From IMG/VR virus record IMGVR_UViG_3300030108_003091, positions 7,562 to 71,561 of that record: a DNA stretch of 64,000 nucleotides; one strand, given 5' to 3'. The stretch is from a virus. Made by a program: the position numbers and the translations under genes. Positions 1 through 8,949 of this stretch are shown in pieces (position 1 is the stretch's first letter; each line of letters starts with the position of its first letter). The notes beneath the pieces were generated by a model. That model was not told the DNA's origin. It did no database searches and was given only the letters and a program-made list of their open reading frames with translations.

Positions 1-3
1 ATT

Positions 4-2250
4 ATGCCGATGCTGCATCCATCGTTCATTGTGCGATCACCGGGCTGGCGCAGCGTATTTCTATCTGACCTTGGTAAAGCGTTTCGATACTTTGAGGACC
101 GCTTGAACTGGGAGGAACCAGAGATTCTATGGCGACCAACACCGGAGCAACTGGAGAGTTGGTTGTCTCAGCCCGCACCGTTTTGGGCCTACGATGTTGA
201 GACCGATGGTATCGAAGCTTTGGAGTGCGGTCTACGCACTATTGCTATCGCTACACCTGACCTGGATTACAGAGGTAAGGCAGCACGCGGAACCTACTCA
301 CAAGTCAGTAAGGCTGTGGGTATTGGCCTGCTGTCTGTAGATGGTCGCACACGTTTCTATACGCATGATGATGAGAGGCGCATCAAAGACATTCTACGTC
401 GCGCGTTTACAGATGGTCGTGTGTGGGTGGGACATAACGCTGGATACTACGATCGCATGGTCATCGAGAACCATTTAGGCGTTACTCCTGCACCGTTAGT
501 AGACACGCTGTTCCACGCACGATTCAGAGCGCCGGACTTACCCAAGAGTCTCAAAACAGTAGGCTCGATTCTTACCGACGTTGAACGTTGGGAGACTACA
601 GAGAAGGGCACGAAGATCAGTACAGGATCAGAGGATGATGACGAACTATTGCGGTACAACATCGTGGATACCGTAGTCAACGCACGCATCACTGTACCCC
701 TTATTGATTCATCTACAGAGTCTGGTGCGTTCCGTACAATCCGAAAAGACATTGTACCTACTGGATGGCATGACAGTCGTGCATGGAATCTGAATGAAGT
801 AGACCACGCAACACAAGAAATGTGCGTCAACATGCACAAGAACGGTATTTGGGTTGACCAGAAACTACGAGCCAGCCTTGAAACAGAGTACCAACTGAGT
901 GTGCGTAGTCGGTTCAAAAAGCTGCGTGAACTGATTACACAGGTAGGTGGCAAAGACTTGAGCGAGTCTGCCGTCAACGCTGACGACAACGTCAATCCCG
1001 GCAGTGCTGCACAGATCAGAGACTTGCTCTACGGTAAGTGGGGTCTGAGTATTCCACCACAGATGGACGCCAAAGACTTTTATACTGAGTCAGGGTTACC
1101 CGGTACAGGTGATGCTGTGCTTCGCGGTCACTTGGCCAGCGGTAAACTGAATGAGTTGCAGACTGAGTTCATTCGTGAGTTGCGTCTGTATCGTAGAGAA
1201 AAGAATAAGATCCTCGGTACTACACTCATTCCATTGAATCGACGGGACATTGATCTCAAGAAAGGCGTAGTCCATGAAGACGGTCGCGTGCGTTCGACAT
1301 GGAACGCGCATGTGACCAGTGTGGGCAGGCTTAGTAGTTCTGGACCCAACTTACAAAACCAAGGCAGTCGAAAGGGGCAAGGCAGGCTCAAGGCTATCTT
1401 TGCTGCTGAACCAGGACGCATACTTATCGGTGCTGACTTGGACCAAGCACACCTAAGAATCACAGCTTGTTACTGGCAAATCCCACTATTGCTTGAGTGC
1501 TTCAGTGAAGGTAAAGACCCGCACAACACACTCGCATACGCTACTTTCGGTAATAAGTTCAAGACAGCTTCTGGTTGGGGCTCCGATGGGTTTTCGTTGT
1601 ACAACAAACCAGAAGGGGGTGAGGCCAAAGATATGCGGGACGTGTGCAAGACATTACGGTACGCGTCTATCTATGGTGCTAACCCTGCTACAGCTTGGCA
1701 GGTAATCACCAGCACTGAAACAGGAGACGGTCGTCTGCCTTACGTCGGCATGACTTTGAGAGAAGTACGTATGATGCACGACGCTTGGATGAAATCAGAA
1801 CCTGAGTGGGCCGAGTCATGGGACCGTATGATGCTCATGTACAAGCACCAGGGTTGGATGGAAGAGCCAGTCATGGGTAGGCGCAGCGGTCCTTTAGGTG
1901 ATGGCAAGCTGAATGAAGTGGTGAACTTTCCTATCCTGGCTGCTGAGTCCAGCATCATGCGGCTGGCTGAGATCGCAGTACAAGACGCCTTTCCACATGA
2001 GTTTGCAGGCAAAGGTACAGGTATGATTCACCAATGCCACGACTCTATTGCAGTAGAGATACCGCTGCCTGATGGCTTCGACCCATTGTGGAAACCTCCG
2101 CACCCCAAAGAACGTAAGAACAATCCACTACCGTCTGAGATTGAGAAGGCTCGCCGCATACTTGAAGAATGTATGACGGTTAGTATTCCTGGTTGGGAGG
2201 TCGTAATGACCGCCGAAGGTGACGTGGGCAGAACACTGAAGGACATTTGA
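4..2250 (+). CDS. polA: Family A DNA polymerase with 3'-5' exonuclease; probably 5'-truncated, with the end of a uracil-DNA glycosylase-like domain at its N-terminus
   Basis: ExoI YDVETDG, ExoII GHNAGYYD, ExoIII YNIVD; GRLSSSGPNLQN; motif A ADLDQAHLR; motif B RDVCKTLRYASIYG; motif C HQCHDS. N-terminal LHPSFIVR..W...F..DL.KA resembles the family-4 UDG C-terminal motif. The frame is open at the window edge. Confidence 0.93.
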   Translation: MPMLHPSFIVRSPGWRSVFLSDLGKAFRYFEDRLNWEEPEILWRPTPEQLESWLSQPAPFWAYDVETDGIEALECGLRTIAIATPDLDYRGKAARGTYSQVSKAVGIGLLSVDGRTRFYTHDDERRIKDILRRAFTDGRVWVGHNAGYYDRMVIENHLGVTPAPLVDTLFHARFRAPDLPKSLKTVGSILTDVERWETTEKGTKISTGSEDDDELLRYNIVDTVVNARITVPLIDSSTESGAFRTIRKDIVPTGWHDSRAWNLNEVDHATQEMCVNMHKNGIWVDQKLRASLETEYQLSVRSRFKKLRELITQVGGKDLSESAVNADDNVNPGSAAQIRDLLYGKWGLSIPPQMDAKDFYTESGLPGTGDAVLRGHLASGKLNELQTEFIRELRLYRREKNKILGTTLIPLNRRDIDLKKGVVHEDGRVRSTWNAHVTSVGRLSSSGPNLQNQGSRKGQGRLKAIFAAEPGRILIGADLDQAHLRITACYWQIPLLLECFSEGKDPHNTLAYATFGNKFKTASGWGSDGFSLYNKPEGGEAKDMRDVCKTLRYASIYGANPATAWQVITSTETGDGRLPYVGMTLREVRMMHDAWMKSEPEWAESWDRMMLMYKHQGWMEEPVMGRRSGPLGDGKLNEVVNFPILAAESSIMRLAEIAVQDAFPHEFAGKGTGMIHQCHDSIAVEIPLPDGFDPLWKPPHPKERKNNPLPSEIEKARRILEECMTVSIPGWEVVMTAEGDVGRTLKDI

Positions 2251-2251
2251 T

Positions 2252-2689
2252 ATGAGTACAGCAAACTGGTTCTTGGCGCACAAACGTATGGATGACGATG
2301 CGGACATCAATCATTGGTGCAACAAGCTAACTGAGTCATTGTCACAAGATGGTTGGCCTGCTCTGGTTACGGCGGGCCGCGATGACTATGAAAGTCGCGC
2401 AAAGGCATTGGGTGGTTGGAAAGCATGGGGTCGTGATGTTCCAAGAGCACGAACATTCGACGGCGAAATGCTGTTCCACGGTATCGTTATACCTGCCAAC
2501 GCATTAGACGAAGCACCCACTGTAGGCAAAGCTACGGCACAACTTATTGAGGGATTTATCAACGCGCAGAAACACGCATACGTTTGGTGTCCCGATACAG
2601 ATTCATTCAGGGCAATCATGTCTCTTAACGAAACCGACGAAGACGATTACCGTAACTGGGCAAAACTTGAGTTGAAAGAACAAACTTGA
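2252..2689 (+). CDS. Hypothetical protein, 145 aa
   Basis: Abuts the polymerase stop codon; globular-looking sequence with no recognised motif. Confidence 0.75.
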   Translation: MSTANWFLAHKRMDDDADINHWCNKLTESLSQDGWPALVTAGRDDYESRAKALGGWKAWGRDVPRARTFDGEMLFHGIVIPANALDEAPTVGKATAQLIEGFINAQKHAYVWCPDTDSFRAIMSLNETDEDDYRNWAKLELKEQT

Positions 2690-2714
2690 CAACGTGGTAA
2701 GACGTTGGTAGTTT
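2686..2714 (+). promoter_or_regulatory. sigma70-like promoter
   Basis: TTGACA-17 nt-TAGTTT upstream of a GGAG RBS and ATG 2752. Confidence 0.6.
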
Positions 2715-2751
2715 ACTATGCCAACGTGACAAGAAACTAAATGGAGCAATC

Positions 2752-4731
2752 ATGGCAGCAAAAAACAAAAGCCTTCCGTATGTGAAGCGCGTAACAAGTA
2801 ATATAAAGAGTCCTGACGGTAATGAATGGTCTGTTGACTTGGGCCAGAAGACACTTATTTTGGGTAGCAACACAAGTCGCAAGAGCGCCATCTTGCAGGC
2901 AGTCGAACTGGCTGTATCAGGTGCGGCTGATGACATTGTGGGTCGTTACGGAGTACGTGATCCTAGCCTACTGTTAACGCTGGCGCCTATGGTTAACGTC
3001 GGTGAAGATAAACTGCATAGTTCTGCCAGCTTCTCTGACGAGTCAATGGACGAAGCAACATTCTCAGTCGAGCGTAGCGGTAGCAGAGTTAAGAAACCAT
3101 TTCACAGTACACCGTTTGATGCCAGCAAAGTAATGCCGAGTCGATTGGTCCGATTGGCTTTGTCAGGTGGTGAAAAGACCGCACGAAAGTCATTCCTTGA
3201 GTGGACTGCTGACGGCGTCAGTGACGAAGACGTATTGGCCCGTATCTCTACAAACCTGCATGCGAAGTACAAAGATATTTCAGACAAGTTGAGTAAGGGT
3301 GGAGACAACGGCACAACCATGAACGCTGTGGAGAAGTTGTTGGCGACCATTGAGTACGCTGGCAAACAGCAAAGGGATTCTGCAAAACAACTGAAAGGTG
3401 CTGAAGCTGCGCTTGAATCTGTGGGCGACGAACTACCTGCGTGTCCGACCAAAGAGGACTTAGCAAAAGCAGAGAGTCTTTGTGCTGAAGCGCAATCTGT
3501 TTTCGACGAAGCAGTAAAGGCGCACAGTCTGCCTACCAACAAAGAGATTGAGGTTCAGTTCAACACCGCGAATGTTGCTGCTCAACAACTCAAAGAAAAA
3601 ATGAACGGTATTAACAAAGAGTATGCAGTGCTTATGGATAACGCACGCATCGCTGAAATCTCTGGCCGTTTGTTTGAGTGGTCCGTTAAAAATGAAAAAG
3701 AGAACTGCCCTGCGTGCAACGCGAATCATGGCTTGGAACATAACCGCGTTTTGTTTGATCACTGGCAGAATGTTTGGGCAAGCGAAACACAGGCGGTGCA
3801 ACAACAAGCTGACGAGTTGAAGGCCAGGTTTGATGAGGTATCAGAGATACTGAGTCAACGAGCAGTCGAACTCAATCAGATTGCATCACTTCGAGGCAGA
3901 GGTAGAGACGACGAACCAGGCAACGAAGTGATCAGCTTGGAAGAGGCAAAGCAACAGCTTGAGCGTTGCCAGCAAAACATCGTAAAGCTATCGTCCGATC
4001 AAAACAGGTGGAACGATCTATCTCGAATGCAAGACACAGTACGCGCTATGTCTTTGCAGATTGACACATACAAGGTACTCAAGTCTGAGTGCGAGAAAGC
4101 TGTAGGTGAGTTGCTTGCACACCAAGCGCCTTTGTTCTCTGACCTTGTCACAACGTACCTACCTGACGGTTGGATCTTTGGTATCGACCTGAAGGATGGT
4201 AGTCGTGAAGTGTTTCGCATGGGACTACGTCGAGGCGATAAACTTCATTCAGCATTATCAGGTGCGGAGTCTATTGCAGTAGTATCTGCGATTGCCATGG
4301 CTTCGATTGACACAAACAAGTCGCCCCGCATCATCATCCCCGCTGATCGTGCCTGGGATAGCAACACGCTACGCAACGTCATGGACAGCTTTGCTGACTT
4401 CCCCGGTCAAGTCATTATCGCGACTACGACGAAGCACGCACGCAAGAAACCTCGCGGCTGGACTATCATCAACGCAGACGATTTGTTTGGTTCAGCAGAG
4501 GTAACTGAGTTGGAGGTAAAGGAAGAAACACCGTCAACCGAGTCTGGAGTTTCAGTTCGGTCGGCTCAAATACTTGAAGGTATGGGATTCGAAACCACGC
4601 AAGTTCAACGCATGACCTCTGAGACTGCCGCTGATATAATCAGACAAGGATTAAAGGCTAATCAGGTGACAGTCACCAAAGGAGGTAAGTATCGAGTGAT
4701 TAAGAAGGACAATGTCCTTCCAATGAACTAA
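2752..4731 (+). CDS. Rad50/SbcC-like coiled-coil protein with degenerate ABC-ATPase motifs
   Basis: Walker A-like LILGSNTSRKS, central coiled coils with a CPAC zinc hook, signature-like LSGAE, degenerate Walker B IIIPADR. Confidence 0.75.
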   Translation: MAAKNKSLPYVKRVTSNIKSPDGNEWSVDLGQKTLILGSNTSRKSAILQAVELAVSGAADDIVGRYGVRDPSLLLTLAPMVNVGEDKLHSSASFSDESMDEATFSVERSGSRVKKPFHSTPFDASKVMPSRLVRLALSGGEKTARKSFLEWTADGVSDEDVLARISTNLHAKYKDISDKLSKGGDNGTTMNAVEKLLATIEYAGKQQRDSAKQLKGAEAALESVGDELPACPTKEDLAKAESLCAEAQSVFDEAVKAHSLPTNKEIEVQFNTANVAAQQLKEKMNGINKEYAVLMDNARIAEISGRLFEWSVKNEKENCPACNANHGLEHNRVLFDHWQNVWASETQAVQQQADELKARFDEVSEILSQRAVELNQIASLRGRGRDDEPGNEVISLEEAKQQLERCQQNIVKLSSDQNRWNDLSRMQDTVRAMSLQIDTYKVLKSECEKAVGELLAHQAPLFSDLVTTYLPDGWIFGIDLKDGSREVFRMGLRRGDKLHSALSGAESIAVVSAIAMASIDTNKSPRIIIPADRAWDSNTLRNVMDSFADFPGQVIIATTTKHARKKPRGWTIINADDLFGSAEVTELEVKEETPSTESGVSVRSAQILEGMGFETTQVQRMTSETAADIIRQGLKANQVTVTKGGKYRVIKKDNVLPMN

Positions 4732-4737
4732 AGCAGG

Positions 4738-4771
4738 GAGCCCGGTTGCACTGGGGAGTGCGACCGGGTTC
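4738..4771. terminator. Hairpin between convergent genes
   Basis: GAGCCCGGTTGCACT-GGGG-AGTGCGACCGGGTTC stem-loop; no clear U-tract. Confidence 0.55.
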
Positions 4772-5204
4772 ATCTTTGTGTGTATCCATTGTAGTAAACG
4801 GATTCATCACTCGCGTAGTCACTCTCTTTGTTTGGATGCTCTTTCACATAAGACAAAGCGTATCCATAGATCATGACTACATTTGCTGCACTTGCTACCG
4901 CCTTCACGTCCAGGTTGCCTGAGATATGAATACCGTCGACTACTTTCAGGAAGCTGCCAGCAGCGATTGAAATGACGATCAGGTTGTCTGGACTGGTAGT
5001 GCCGCCCCACTGTAATGTGAGTGTTCGAGCACTACTGTCCGAGTTGTAAGCCCACAAATGTAGTTCATCAAACAACGACTGATTGAACGAAGCATCATGC
5101 GTATGAATCTCCACACCAGTACTTGTGCTGTTGACTTTGATACTTGCGCCACTGTCTGAACCCGTCAGTGTTTGACGAACCATCTTTGTTTCTGGATACG
5201 ACAT
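4770..5204 (-). CDS. Small beta-rich, probably virion-associated protein; paralog of 58355..58744
   Basis: Shares E(L/V)HLWA.N....A.TL.L..GG and C-terminal V.I.G motifs with the tail-region ORF. Confidence 0.7.
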   Translation of the reverse strand: MSYPETKMVRQTLTGSDSGASIKVNSTSTGVEIHTHDASFNQSLFDELHLWAYNSDSSARTLTLQWGGTTSPDNLIVISIAAGSFLKVVDGIHISGNLDVKAVASAANVVMIYGYALSYVKEHPNKESDYASDESVYYNGYTQR

Positions 5205-5209
5205 ATCAA

Positions 5210-5572
5210 CTACTCAGCGAGTCTAATACTTACGCACCGAATGTCACCATCGAGTGTGTGGAAGATGATTGGTGGCAATCCTCTACGAGATCCACGCATG
5301 CGAACATCTAAATCAAACGTACGACGCTTAATCAGCCTCACTGCTTCGTCGAGTTGTTCTTTCGTAGCGAACCTAAACGTCATGGGCTTTGAAGTTCTAA
5401 TGACATTCAAGTCAAAAGATGGTGCTTTGGCCGGTGCTTTTTTCGCTGGCGCTTTCTTGGGTGCAGCCTTTTTAGGTGCAGCTTTCTTCGGTGCAGCTTT
5501 CTTTGCGGGCGCCTTTTTCTTGGCTACGGCTTTTTTCGCTGCGGGCTTCTTTGCTTTCTTTGTCTCTGCCAT
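5210..5572 (-). CDS. Histone H1-like Lys/Ala/Pro-rich DNA-binding protein
   Basis: KKAAPKKAAPKKAAPKK repeats followed by a small globular domain; GGAGG RBS before ATG 5572. Confidence 0.75.
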   Translation of the reverse strand: MAETKKAKKPAAKKAVAKKKAPAKKAAPKKAAPKKAAPKKAPAKKAPAKAPSFDLNVIRTSKPMTFRFATKEQLDEAVRLIKRRTFDLDVRMRGSRRGLPPIIFHTLDGDIRCVSIRLAE

Positions 5573-5651
5573 GTTGCCTCCAAAACGTTTCAATCAAATG
5601 ACGAGTCTGAGATAGTATAACCTGTGCGAAACTCAATACGAATATACCTCC

Positions 5652-5681
5652 TTGACACAACTACACTCGACCCGATACAGT
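5652..5681 (+). promoter_or_regulatory. sigma70-like promoter
   Basis: TTGACA-18 nt-TACAGT. Confidence 0.55.
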
Positions 5682-5682
5682 T

Positions 5683-5774
5683 GGAGTGCCTGCCGGTAGC
5701 GCAACCGGGCCTTGGAAACAAGGGAGTGGGCTCAGGGAACACTTCGTCGTCCGTGTTTACACGGGCGGCGTTTT
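5683..5774 (+). ncRNA. Candidate structured leader or small RNA ending in an intrinsic terminator
   Basis: Closing stem GGAGTG/CACTTC; hairpins CCGGT-AGCGCA-ACCGG and CCTTG-GAAA-CAAGG; then CGTCGTCCGTG-TTTA-CACGGGCGGCG-TTTT. Confidence 0.45.
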
Positions 5775-5816
5775 ACTCTCCCTACTTGACACCCTGAATA
5801 CTAAGGACCTGAACGG

Positions 5817-7904
5817 ATGACCACTGCTGATGTAGAGCACACTGACACTGAACCAAACGCTTTCCAACTTCTACAGAGAGCGATTGACGCTGCAAAAAAG
5901 AAAGACCCTGACGAGAAAACAGACGCTTGGGCTGACATACACAAACCCGAATCCATGTCTGCCCTTGCAGATGGTTGGCGGTTCAATACAGACACCGTAT
6001 CTGGATTGCTTTCGGTACTCGAATCTATACCTGGACAGGTGAGCAGAGCACGTAGCTTACGCAAAGCAGTACAGCGTTTAGCGGAGCAGCAAGCAAGGCG
6101 TGACGCAGAATCTGTAACTCCCGTTGACAATACACCTTCACGTAGCTTGGCAGACGTGTTGGATGGTGGAGCGCCGCCACCATCGGTCGTTCCGCACTCG
6201 ACACTCCAAGACTTGCAGGTGCCCCGTGGCTACTCCATTTCTCCTGCCGGCGTGTCGAAGATGGGTATCAATCTCGATGGCACCGTAGATAACGTGAGGA
6301 TTGCTTCTGCTCCCATCTTTATCGTGGGCCGCACCGAAGACGTACACAGTGGAGAAGCGAAGCGACAGGTGGTGTGGCGGGGTCCGAGTGGTTGGTGCAG
6401 TCGTACTCTTGACCGACGCACCATTATGGACACCGGAAGAATCGTACAACTTTCCAGTATTGAAGCACCGATTAACTCTACTATTGCGGCGCAAATCGTG
6501 ACTTACCTTGCTGACTTTGAAGCTGAGAACCAACACCGGTTCCCTTCAATCAAGTCTGCGAACCGTATGGGCTGGTTACCGAATGGTGGTTTCCTGCTTT
6601 CAGACGGGTACTATGCAACCAGCGAGGCAGAAAAAGAGAAGGCAGACTACGCGCTCACTGCACCCACCGGATTCGAGAGACTGTCTGGTGGATGGCAACC
6701 CAAGGGTGAGCACGCAACTTGGCTTACTGGTGTGGAGTTAGTAACCGACAGCCCCCTAATGATGATCGCACTGTACGCTTCGGCGGCTGCACCATTACTC
6801 AAGATTCTACGTATCTCTGGTTTCGTCGTGGACTTCAGTGGTGAGACAAGTGGTGGTAAGACTACGGCGCTCAAGTTTGCTGCATCCGTATGGGGTCGAC
6901 CTGCTGAGTCTTACCCAACTGCTATGTACTCATGGGATTCAACAAAGGTATGGATTGAACGTACCTGCGGTTTCCTCAACAACCTACCAGTCATCCTCGA
7001 CGAAACCAAGCGCGCTAAGAGCCCGAGCATTGTCCGTGATGTCATCTATGATTTCTGTCAGGGTCAAGGTCGTGGTCGTGGTTCTGTAGATGGTACACGC
7101 GCCACTGATAGCTGGCAGTCTGTTATGATTAGTAGTGGTGAAGGTTCTGCTACATCATTCAGTGAAGACGCAGGAACCCGCGCCCGTGTGATCTCACTCA
7201 AGGGCAAACCGCTTGGAAACAATCCTCGACATGGAGGACAAACCAGTGAAGAACTACAGGCGATCCTCGCGGAGAACTACGGTCACCTTGGTCGCGCAAT
7301 CGTTCGTTACTTGGTTGGCAACCACAAGCACCACGATGCGATTCGTGCCGTGTTCAATGACGCCAGGAACCGTTACGCAAGCATGGCTACGACTGCGGTT
7401 ACTCGGAGAATGTCATCGCATATCGCAGCGCTTGAAGTATCGGCGGCGATCATTCACCAACTGGGTGTACCCCAAGCAGAATGCGACCCCTTCGGTTATC
7501 TTGTTGACGCGGCCATCCAAGCAGGCGTGGAAGCAGACAGACCACTGGTCGCGCTCCAAGACACACTGACATGGTGCGCCACACACAAGGCGCGCTTTTG
7601 GGGCCGCAACGACAAACTGAGCAACGGCGCCGCCCTCATTCCCCCTGCCGGATGGTTGGGTGCATGGGCAAGCGAACCGAGTTGGGAATACATCGCCATA
7701 AGTTCTGTGGAGTTACGCAAGTTCTTGGCGTCGGTAGGTCACCATCCAGGCGAGGTACTGGAGCGTTGGGATGAGCGTGGTTGGCTTATGCGATTGGAGA
7801 ACAGTACCAGTCGCACACGACCCGTAAGGTTGGGTGGTGTACAAGCACGATGCTACTGCATCCGTAGGCACGCAGCGAACATCGCTTTGGGGGAAGCTGA
7901 TTAG
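5817..7904 (+). CDS. DUF927-domain replicative helicase (Cch/SaPI Rep-like)
   Basis: RMGW motif, Walker A GETSGGKTT, Walker B LPVILDE, GQGRGRG, W....ISSGE, ENYGHLG, winged-helix-like C-terminus. Confidence 0.85.
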   Translation: MTTADVEHTDTEPNAFQLLQRAIDAAKKKDPDEKTDAWADIHKPESMSALADGWRFNTDTVSGLLSVLESIPGQVSRARSLRKAVQRLAEQQARRDAESVTPVDNTPSRSLADVLDGGAPPPSVVPHSTLQDLQVPRGYSISPAGVSKMGINLDGTVDNVRIASAPIFIVGRTEDVHSGEAKRQVVWRGPSGWCSRTLDRRTIMDTGRIVQLSSIEAPINSTIAAQIVTYLADFEAENQHRFPSIKSANRMGWLPNGGFLLSDGYYATSEAEKEKADYALTAPTGFERLSGGWQPKGEHATWLTGVELVTDSPLMMIALYASAAAPLLKILRISGFVVDFSGETSGGKTTALKFAASVWGRPAESYPTAMYSWDSTKVWIERTCGFLNNLPVILDETKRAKSPSIVRDVIYDFCQGQGRGRGSVDGTRATDSWQSVMISSGEGSATSFSEDAGTRARVISLKGKPLGNNPRHGGQTSEELQAILAENYGHLGRAIVRYLVGNHKHHDAIRAVFNDARNRYASMATTAVTRRMSSHIAALEVSAAIIHQLGVPQAECDPFGYLVDAAIQAGVEADRPLVALQDTLTWCATHKARFWGRNDKLSNGAALIPPAGWLGAWASEPSWEYIAISSVELRKFLASVGHHPGEVLERWDERGWLMRLENSTSRTRPVRLGGVQARCYCIRRHAANIALGEAD

Positions 7905-8191
7905 GCTTCGATGGTTGGTGTCTTCATGTTTGTGTAGTCACCAAGAACCATGGTAGCCCATACCCAACACATCAACTCATCTAATGAACTCACAGGATCA
8001 TCGGCTGTAAGTCGGCATACTTCCCGGTTGTCGATGGTTAGTTTGGCTGTTGCCAGATCAGCAGTCTCATACACAACGCTGATCTTTGCCTCTGTGTCCA
8101 GCCAGTTCGATAGTTTCTTTTCGTACTCGACTGCATCACGGCAGGCTTGAAACAAACAAAGCATTCTATCCAGTGGTTCTGCTGATTCCAT
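7901..8191 (-). CDS. Hypothetical protein
   Basis: AGGAG RBS before ATG 8191; promoter just upstream. Confidence 0.6.
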   Translation of the reverse strand: MESAEPLDRMLCLFQACRDAVEYEKKLSNWLDTEAKISVVYETADLATAKLTIDNREVCRLTADDPVSSLDELMCWVWATMVLGDYTNMKTPTIEA

Positions 8192-8237
8192 TCTCGCAAT
8201 CTCTCCTATTGCATCATACAACTTTTTGAGTCTTACT

Positions 8238-8266
8238 ACCATACTCAACTTATACCACCTTGTCAA
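8238..8266 (-). promoter_or_regulatory. sigma70-like promoter
   Basis: TTGACA-17 nt-TATGGT on the minus strand. Confidence 0.55.
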
Positions 8267-8350
8267 CTTACTTACCCCACAAAAACGTACATTTAACTCG
8301 AAGGGAAAGCATAACACTTGACTACGTGGTATGTTACTTACGAGGATTCT

Positions 8351-8902
8351 ATGTCTGATGATGAGATAACACTACCTCCGGTAGACGATGACACCAATGT
8401 ATCCCCTGCGAATCAACCGTTGCAGGTACTCCCGCGAGTCGTAACTGCGCCAGGAGAAAACGAAGTTGTGGCTATGCTCGCGGAGCAAAGCAAGTACGCA
8501 GAGGATGACGAGACTAAAGCTGTAGCCATTCGGTTACTTGAGTCTGGTTACACCGTACAGAGTGTGGCTCGTAGACTACAACTGCGTACCACTACAGTCT
8601 GGTGCTGGTCGAATGAACCTGATGTTCGTGCCGCTGTAGAGGCTGGTAAGGCGCGAAGGCAGGCGATCCTCGGCCAAGAACTTGAAGACGCAGCAGAAGA
8701 CGCTCTGAATGCTTTGGTGTCTATTGTCGGTGATGATGCAGTCAACCCACGTGATCGGGTCAAGGCAGCATCCGAGATATTGGATCGTTGCGGTATCTCA
8801 CCAAACCAACAGGAAGGCGGGCAAGCTACTGCGGTTGCAGTCGACATTGACTTTGACGAGCGCCTTGCACGTATTGTGGCTACTTCACAGACCAAAGAAT
8901 GA
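8351..8902 (+). CDS. HTH protein, terminase small subunit-like
   Basis: HTH (GYTVQSVARRLQLRTTTVWCW) followed by a helical region and RVKAASEILDR, typical of TerS-like proteins; GAGGA RBS. Confidence 0.55.
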   Translation: MSDDEITLPPVDDDTNVSPANQPLQVLPRVVTAPGENEVVAMLAEQSKYAEDDETKAVAIRLLESGYTVQSVARRLQLRTTTVWCWSNEPDVRAAVEAGKARRQAILGQELEDAAEDALNALVSIVGDDAVNPRDRVKAASEILDRCGISPNQQEGGQATAVAVDIDFDERLARIVATSQTKE

Positions 8903-8949
8903 CACGTAGCCACTAATCATGATAGGCTTAATCAAACTCTGGAGTTATC

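Noticed and set aside
5425-5560. 15-bp tandem DNA repeat as a regulatory array
   Set aside because: It is explained by KKAAP peptide repeats with synonymous variation.
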